DNA of 57,893 nt from Nemertoderma westbladi (taxonomy: Eukaryota > Animalia > Xenacoelomorpha): assembly GCA_032718475.1 (NCBI GenBank), contig JAUCBJ010004742.1, forward strand, positions 1 through 57,893, read 5' to 3'. Below are positions 50,411-57,893 of the stretch, piece by piece. Position 1 is the stretch's first letter; every line of letters starts with the position of its first letter. The translations under genes were made by a program, and so were the position numbers. The notes below the pieces were generated by a model, which saw nothing but the letters and a program-made list of their open reading frames with translations, searched no databases and had not been told where the DNA came from.

Positions 50411-52075
50411 CTCTGCCTGTAATATAAGATGATCTACTTACTGTATGTTTCAGCTTTTGTAAGAAACTCAACATTAATGTAAATTGTAAAACATTTTCGC
50501 AGTGCATTATGTCATGTAGGCTAATAAGTGGGACAATTACGCTTGAACAAACGAACTTTACGAACTTCAATTCTCGGTATCTCCAGTAATTCTCAGTCAT
50601 TTCCCATGAAATTTTTAACTGGTTTGTTCGCCAATAATAGCTCTTTATTTTAAGGTACAGCTTCGGTAGTACAGTAACAACCATATGCTCGACAACAGCT
50701 CTCAATGAACTGACGTGGGACAACAATTTCAAAAATTATCCAAAGTTGTACTTTAGATGCTGCTACTCAGTTAATATTATGTCGACAATAGAATAAATAA
50801 CTTGATTGTTTAGGAAAATTACCTGGCTTTCCAATGATATATGAAATCATTACATTTGTATAAGTTTTATAAACACAGGCAAGTGTTCAAAATTTTACAT
50901 TTTACACTTTAAGTTCAAAAATATGCATTTTTGAGAAATCATTCGAAAATTAACTATGATTACGTGGGTGTATTACGTTAAAACAAGCTTACCACTATAC
51001 TAAAAGTATCCGCTTTCTGAAAAATTTTACCGCATGAAATTTCGTTCACTAGATCAAATTCTGTGGACACTTTATGTAATGTAAAATATGATTTTCAATT
51101 TTGGCCACTTTTATTGAGAATCACCCTGTCATTCAAAGGAGGCCAGTCCGTCTGCAGCTCTATAGAGCTGCAGACGGAGACCGCTACAGTAGAAGGCGAA
51201 AACACGAAATGTATAACAGAGAACTATGGTCTAGCAGCCTAGTGAGTAGTGCGATGTGCAGGGGGAAGGATAAATCTACAGTAGTAAAGTGAACATGTGT
51301 CTATTGGTTTGGCGTAGCTGGCTCGGGGATTGTGGGGACGCCCTACAGTATGTGTAGTGCTTTCATTTACAATGCCACCATGAACTGTAACTGCTAAGAG
51401 CAGTAAAGCTGTAGTGTAAGGGGAAGGTGCGACACAGGCTGACAGGTCAGCAGGTACCTCAGTCAGTCACAGTCAGTACTGCAGTACCTGGGTTGCTACG
51501 GTCCTGCAGTCAGACAGTACCTGAGTACAGCAGTATGAAGTACACTGCAAGCTAGGTATAAACGCAGCGGTTTTCATATAGGGTAGTGACAGTTGACAGT
51601 GCTGCACCTGCACCGCCACCAGCAGGAGCAGCCGTATGCCATGCAGTACTGCAGTATGCTGGTATGCAGGTATGCCCGCCGTATGCCATTCCTGCATTCT
51701 GCAATTTTAAGCTGAGGCCTGACCACTGACTGTGGACTGCCTGAGCGCTGAGGGCAGGCCTATCAGCCTATCTGCCTATGCTGCTATGGCTGTATGGGTA
51801 ATTCAATTCTCCGTACAATTCTCCAGTACTGCAGTACTACTGTGTACTGTACAACTACCTGACTACCTCACTACAGTCAGACAGTACTACCTACAGTACC
51901 GGTTCAGTACAGGTGGAGACCCTGAAAGGAAACACTTTATTCCTCCTTACAGCCTTACGGGGAGGGGGCCCTGTAGGCCTAGCATGATAGCTAGAGCAGT
52001 AGAGGGTGGAGGGGGAAACACATTTATCCACACCACACCTTTTTTTTGCAATCGTGCAATCTATATAGGCCTAGT

Positions 52076-52984
52076 CCAGGTTGGAATTCATGCATGAGCG
52101 CGCAGGTACGCTTTGTTGTTTTGAAATCACCGCGCACCTGAAATTGGCTCGTCGCGCACCTCATCATATGTCATATTCCAAACAAAATCGCGCAGCTCAT
52201 GTCATGCATATCTCAAAAAATCGCACAGTTCATAAGAACAATTTTACATTCCTATTTTACAAGTTTGAGCGTTTTAAGCTTATCTTTACGTCTGTCTGTC
52301 TGTACGTTGAATCTAGGCTTACATAATAAATGTAATTTTTGCAACATCAAAATTGTTAATATTAAAAAATATTTTTTTAATCCACTACTATGGTGGCCCA
52401 TCGGGCTCACTGCTTTTATAACAGAAAATATTATTTTAGATTACAAACAAAACATGTACCGGTAATTTCAAAAAAAACGAATATTGAAATAGGTACCAGT
52501 CTGCCAATAATACTTTGTATAGGCCTACCTAACAATTAGGCTTAAACATACAGTTGGCTTATAATTAAGTCATACTTATAATACATTGTTACTTTCTGAC
52601 TTTACCTGTTTACTAACGTAACATCGGCATAGCATAGACCTAATAACAATACAACCATAGAGTACTGTAGTTAAAATAAATAGACAAATTCAGCTCCGGT
52701 TGCCGGTATTACAGTATTATGGTGAAGTGATTTGACTATTTGAAGAATTGGAAATGAGAAACTAATGCGAGCGTAGCGAGCGAAATTTTTTTGTGTATTT
52801 TCGTGATTTCAATTAATTTGTGGTGCGCATCAGAGTCAGAGGCAGAGCTGCGCGCTGAGGCGCAACGCGCACCTGTCTCACACCCGAACGCGCACCTGTC
52901 TCACCCAAACGCGCAACGCGCATCTGGTTTGCGGTCATTCGCGCAGGTACGCGTCCGAGTTTTGCAGCATGAATTCCAACCTGG
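52076..52984. mobile_element. Non-autonomous hAT-like element (909 bp) upstream of RPS5
   Basis: 18-bp TIR CCAGGTTGGAATTCATGC; perfect 8-bp TSD GGCCTAGT (52068-52075 and 52985-52992); CGCGCACCT subterminal repeats. Confidence 0.9.
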
Positions 52985-53831
52985 GGCCTAGTTAAAATAG
53001 CCGCTTTTATGGCGGCAGGGCGGTACCTGTCCTGTTGTCAGCCTGTTCCGTTCCAGACTGCCAGGTGCCACTACAATGTAAAACTAATGTTTATAGAAAT
53101 ATCTTTGATCCAATTTCTGAATTGCGGAATTTACAGATTATGAACTTTACCATTTACCGTCGATTTCGTTCGATCACGAAGGTATTGTTTACTTGTCTGC
53201 TTGTCTGACCTTCTCCCACTCTCCGACCTTCTTTCTGTCTTTTGTCAGCTTGCAGGCTTGTGCCCATTGCAATGAAAGGTGAAAGCCCTGAAAGGCAGAC
53301 CTATTCCGGTGGAAGTTCAAGTGATGGCTTCGTTGCGGTATTTCAGTATTTGGCTGTTTGGCATCAAATTGGTGTGGCCGATCAGCCGATGACATTGGCA
53401 ATCAATCAGCAGATCAGTCCAATGTTTCGCGAATTTTGACAGTTTTCTGAACGGTTCCAAAACTTAATGATGTTATTAAATTTCCAATCACAACCGACCA
53501 GCACCTGTCACCTTCATCCTACAATCCAAATAATATATACAAATATAAGCGAACCACTTTTTGAAATAATGGGAATATAAAATCGACTAGTTGTCCTAAA
53601 ATGCGCTCACGCCACATGCCACGTAAAGAACTCTACGCCTACGGTAGGTGTAGGTGGGTCTGTCAGTATGTAAGTCAGTAAGTGACTGAGTGAGATAAGT
53701 AAGTGACTAAGTGACATATTGCATACGGCTGCAGGACATATTTCAGTATTTCGAATTGTACGTATTTCGTATTTAAACTGACTCGAACTATGTTACTCGA
53801 ACTTAGTTCAGTAGTTATTTTCTGATTATAG

Positions 53832-53844
53832 TCTTCCTATCCCT
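53832..53844 (+). promoter_or_regulatory. Candidate TCT/5'TOP polypyrimidine initiator of RPS5
   Basis: TCTTCCTATCCCT about 70 nt upstream of the ATG; animal ribosomal protein genes typically start in such tracts. Confidence 0.3.
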
Positions 53845-53908
53845 ACACACTGACAGTATACAAGGCCTATATTATTATATACCGGTACTTATAAACTTAT
53901 AATATAAA

Positions 53909-54556
53909 ATGGCTGTTTTTGGGGGAGAATCTTGGGATGATGCAGGTGGGGCCGGATTCGGAGGAGGCGAAATAGCCGAGTTGCCGACCCCGAAACTCTT
54001 CGGTAAATGGAACACGGAAGACGTACAGATCAACGACATTTCTCTACAGGATTACCTCGCGGTAAAGGAGAAATACGCACGGTATCTTCCGCACTCGTCC
54101 GGCCGTTACCAGGTTAAGCGATTCCGTAAGGCGCAATGCCCGATCGTAGAGAGACTAACCAACTCTATGATGATGCACGGACGCAATAACGGGAAGAAAC
54201 TGCTCGCTATGCGAATAGTTAAACATGCTTTCGAAATTATCTATCTGTTGTCTGGAGAGAGTCCACTGCAGGTGTTAGTGAACGCGATTGTTAACAGCGG
54301 ACCGCGAGAGGATTCCACTCGTATCGGTAGAGCGGGGACCGTTCGTAGGCAGGCAGTGGATGTGAGTCCGTTACGGAGAGTGAACCAGGCTATCTGGTTG
54401 ATAACCACTGGGGCCAGAGAGGCGTCCTTTAGGAATATAAAGACGATCGCGGAATGTTTGGCCGACGAGTTGATTAACGCCGCTAAGGGAAGCAGTAACT
54501 CGTACGCCATAAAGAAGAAAGATGAGTTAGAGAGAGTAGCCAAGAGTAACCGATAG
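53909..54556 (+). CDS. RPS5: 40S ribosomal protein S5 (uS7), intronless CDS, 215 aa
   Basis: [54 protein letters not shown]. Confidence 0.99.
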   Translation: MAVFGGESWDDAGGAGFGGGEIAELPTPKLFGKWNTEDVQINDISLQDYLAVKEKYARYLPHSSGRYQVKRFRKAQCPIVERLTNSMMMHGRNNGKKLLAMRIVKHAFEIIYLLSGESPLQVLVNAIVNSGPREDSTRIGRAGTVRRQAVDVSPLRRVNQAIWLITTGAREASFRNIKTIAECLADELINAAKGSSNSYAIKKKDELERVAKSNR

Positions 54557-54713
54557 GATTATATACCGTTTGTTTTTGGTGTAAATTGTAAAAGCGTATC
54601 CCTCTCAGTTGAGGATTTATGGGTTTAATTCATTATTCTGTTTAATAATATTGTTTTCTTTCTTAAAGAAATACTAAGCTGAAATAATATTATTGGAAGA
54701 TTTAATACTCATG

Positions 54714-55113
54714 TTTATCACTGGAGCTCTGCTCGGGTTCCTGGCTGCTATGGTTAGTTTGTTTGTTTTTGGCTGACTGGGTTTGTGGCTAGATTGTTTG
54801 AACGCTAATAAGGCGGTCAATCATGGATGAAATGGAACCAAACTTGGTACACATGTATTAAAAGTTTAGAAATTCTACAAACAGACAGACTTATATATAG
54901 ATCCTCTATCTGCCACTATGGGGCGAATTGATAGAAACGTAATTGTAAGAAACTGTAATTATAGAACCAACCATCAGATTCATCTGAAATTTCGTAGTAG
55001 GAACCTACAAGCTTTGCTTAAATTTTTAGAAATTCTACACACAGACAGACTTACTTGTCTGCCGCTAGGTGGCGAATTGTGAGAGCTCCAGTTCTTCGTG
55101 CTTAGCACGGTTT
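54714..55113 (+). mobile_element. Helentron-associated (HINE/DINE-1-like) non-autonomous element
   Basis: subTIRs ACTGGAGCTCT (54720) and AGAGCTCCAGT (55082); 3' stem-loop CGTGC-TTA-GCACG then T run; GTTT microsatellite; AAACTTGGTACAC core also near 29680. Confidence 0.7.
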
Positions 55114-55336
55114 AATATAAAAATCGGCTTCATTATTATCGTAAGCCAAGCCAAGCATGTAAAATTTTCACCGATAAAAATAAAAAAGTAAATTTTCATC
55201 GGCCGTTAGGTCTGGTCCATGCGGGGATTGAACCCACGACCCCACAGCGATTTGAATTCAATGAGACCACTACAACTATATACACCAATGTCAAACTTAG
55301 AGACAGGGGGGGAAACTCGACACAAAACCCGCCTTG

Positions 55337-55542
55337 GCGAATTAATATCCCGCCTCAATGTTAAATTCTCAATTTAGGGAAGGAGTAGGTTATAGTGGCA
55401 CGTTATTTTAACCAAAACAATAAACTAAACGCAATAGAACAGGTTACAGTTTTATTTTTGAGGGTAATCAGCTGTTATTTGCGTCGAATTTCCCCTGGAG
55501 AGGGATGAGTTTGTATTACGTCCAGTTTCCCCCCCTATCTGG
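55337..55542. repeat. Uninterrupted copy of the repeat split at 43085-44157
   Basis: Single GCTGATT (minus strand) at the position where the other copy has the duplication. Confidence 0.75.
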
Positions 55543-55580
55543 AAACGTATTCAATGCAACCACTAATATGGTTGCATTGA

Positions 55581-56025
55581 TACGGTGGTGATTTTGGGCC
55601 ACTTTGTTCTTTTCTCAAAGGTTCATGAGTTTTTGCTTTCCACTTTTCAAAAATATGAAAAGCAAAAAGTTTATTATTAGTTTTTGCTTTCTCCTTTTAG
55701 AAATGTGTAAACCAAAAAGTTTACTTAGAGTATTAGTTTTTGCTTTCTCGTTTGCAGAAATATGAAAAGCAAAAGGTTTATTACCGCTATTAGTGTCCAG
55801 CTGACCTACATACTGTCCTATAGCAATAGGTCTATAGCCTATTAAAATATTACGCATTCCGAAAAGGAGAAAGCAAAAACTAATAATAAACTTTTTGCTT
55901 TTCATATTTCTAAAAAGGAGAAAGCAAAAACTACTAAGAATAAACTTTTTGCTTTGTTTCTTTCTGCGGAAAACTGTAAAGCAAAAACTCATGAAAGAAC
56001 GAAGTGGCCCAAAATCACCACCGTG
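55581..56025. mobile_element. MITE with (C/T)ACGGTGG termini (Transib/Chapaev-like)
   Basis: TIR ACGGTGGTGATTTTGGGCCACTT.GTTCTTT; internal inverted AAAGCAAAAA repeats; TSD not evident. Confidence 0.75.
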
Positions 56026-56089
56026 AAATCACTCATATTGCTTGTTGTTGCTATTGTAGCTCTCATATTTTGATTTTACTTTTTTAATT

Positions 56090-56245
56090 TAGGTTTAGTG
56101 GTGGTATTGCTGGACTTCCAATTAGGAAGCCCTAGTTTGATCCCTAGATGCTGCTGCACTTTTTGGGCACAGTGCTTTATTTGCTGCAGCCTAGCCCAAC
56201 CCTGGGTTTCATCCTTGAGTGGTCGATAAATGGGAACCAAGGCAA
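56090..56245 (+). mobile_element. Degenerate tRNA-derived SINE
   Basis: Degenerate A/B boxes (TAGTGG...GTTTGATCCC) and TTTCATCCTT.AGTGGTCGATAAATG domain. Confidence 0.5.
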
Positions 56246-56745
56246 CTTTGGCAAACAGGGTGTAAGGGTTTACTGAAGAAGATCACCCATGGTGGTTAGC
56301 AGACATTGTATTCCTTGGCTTAACTAGCCTAAAAGGTTCTCCCATTCATATTTAGTTTTTATTGTGAAGATTTCGAAAATGTTTAGGTTATGACAACATC
56401 CACATAAATTTTAGTGACAATAATTATTTAGTTTCGATCTATATATAGATTTAATATATTTTTATATATTATTATTATCATATATAATATTACTTCGCCA
56501 GTCAGGTTGTACTGTACCCATTTTGGTCTTTTTACAGTACAGGCCACCAGAAAACGCAGATTTGTTCGATTGTGAACACATTTTATCAAATGTGTACCAG
56601 TGTAATGTAATGTTGTTGAACGGGAGAATTGAACATAATTAAACATATTAGAATTGCCAACAACCAAATTTTTTTCGCCAAAGGATACATTTGAATACTT
56701 TTGAAACGCTTCGTAATATGGAAACTCTCTGTAGTTTGCCGCGAA

Positions 56746-56960
56746 CTATCGCGAGTAAAAATATCGAGAGTAAAAATTTCGCGAGTAAAAATATCGCGAG
56801 TAAAAATATCGCGAGTAAAAATATCGCGAGTAAAGATATCGAGAGTAAAAATATCGCGAGTAAAAATATCGAGAGTATGCCTACGATATTTTTTGCTTGT
56901 ATTATTTTTATTCACGATATTTATACTGCACTCACGATATTTTTACTCGCAATATTTTTC
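56746..56960. repeat. 15-bp tandem repeat ATATCGCGAGTAAAA (about 8 copies) plus degenerate inverted copies
   Basis: Direct array 56746-56876; inverted CGATATTTTTACTCGC-like units 56884-56960. Confidence 0.9.
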
Positions 56961-57269
56961 AACATAACCTCTTCAGTAATTTGTGTTACATGTTTTACTG
57001 TATCTAGGGAATGGATATCTATACATTGGTCTCACTTAATAATCAAGTTTATGCCGTTACCCGTACTGCGCTGCGGTACGTACGGCCAAGGGTACGGTAT
57101 AATACAACAAGTAAAAACTGCACTCACTCAGATTGAATACAGCATGGTAACAATAAGATTATTTGATTCAAATCAAATCAAATAAATTTATTTTTTAATT
57201 TTCTCAACATAACATAATTGCACAATACAAACGTACAATTTATTAGATATACTGTAGATAGTAAGCATC

Positions 57270-57530
57270 TGAATTATCAAGTCCAATGCGCATATTTTAA
57301 ACCACATTTAATAAAGCATCTGTTGTTTTGAGACCTTCCCTAAATCCCTATTGATTATCTGTTAGAACTGAATATTTTCGTAAATATGATGTCAATTGAT
57401 TTTCTATTATGTTTTCAAAAATGTTACTAAATACAGGGAGTAGGCCTATAGAAATGGGACGGTAATTCCTGGTATCCTTGGGAACTTCCGATTTAAAGTC
57501 TGGAGTTACTCTGTCTTGTACTGTGTAAGG
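57270..57530 (-). pseudogene. LINE reverse transcriptase N-terminal fragment
   Basis: VTP.FKS...NYRPISI(GL)LPVFSNIFE.II..QL..YL....L.DNQ*GFR. Confidence 0.88.
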
Positions 57531-57893
57531 ATATCCGGAAATTAGCAAACAGATATAGAAGCACAGATCTATGTTCAGATACTCACAGACTCATGTAAAC
57601 CTTTTCAACCTACGAGTGGGCTTATTCGTAGCTACGCGTAGTTCTACTTCATTGCTTTAACATAAACTGCGTAGGTCATATGCAAACTACGCGAGGTACA
57701 ATCAATTACTACGCGTATACAACGTTTATCATTAGTTCAGATTTCAAGCGGTGTAGTACTACTGTAATATGTGGTAATATGTTCAATAGACCACATGTAC
57801 ATTGTACATGTAGGTAGATCCTAAACCAATAAAATGCTTTCAACATAAATGTCTCCTCCTATACCCTGTATATTCCCTGTAGTGGCATACGAT

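Noticed and set aside
53189-53520. Possible hAT transposase remnant (VLEPF-like peptide, minus strand)
   Set aside because: A single short match amid stops; insufficient support
53909-54556. RPS5 or CRELD as processed pseudogenes
   Set aside because: Intact, well-conserved ORFs; no polyA tract or TSD seen; neighbours are equally intron-poor
56586-57185. Pentapeptide-repeat ORFs (SKNIA, ISRVK, DIFTR)
   Set aside because: Translations of a 15-bp DNA repeat with inverted partner copies, typical of transposon subtermini

Overview
Animal (invertebrate-like) nuclear DNA: AT-rich, transposon-saturated intergenic sequence with GC/CpG-rich exons. It has five intact conserved genes: CRELD (1740-3017, +), PI4KA (22100-13924, -), OFD1 (34590-41046, +), SRP72 (45255-47830, +) and RPS5 (53909-54556, +). 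All are strikingly intron-poor: three GT-AG introns in about 12.7 kb of CDS, with splice phases checked by hand. The rest is non-autonomous DNA transposons (hAT, Tc1-like, CCC/GGG-ended, Transib-like, foldback, Helentron-like), a THAP/P-element transposase fossil, LINE and SINE fragments, and three large minisatellites. Most notable observations: (1) a pervasive class of TA-core-TA micro-insertions (TAGGCCTA, TACCGGTA, TACWGTA), shown to be insertions inside a satellite unit and a conserved RT motif, which look like transposon excision scars concentrated near gene starts; (2) a P-element-type scar with an intact target duplication; (3) a minimal type I hammerhead ribozyme in an inverted repeat inside the OFD1 intron; (4) near-complete intron loss, with one mid-gene intron per long gene. 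Family assignments come from motif recognition, not database searches, and counts are by eye.
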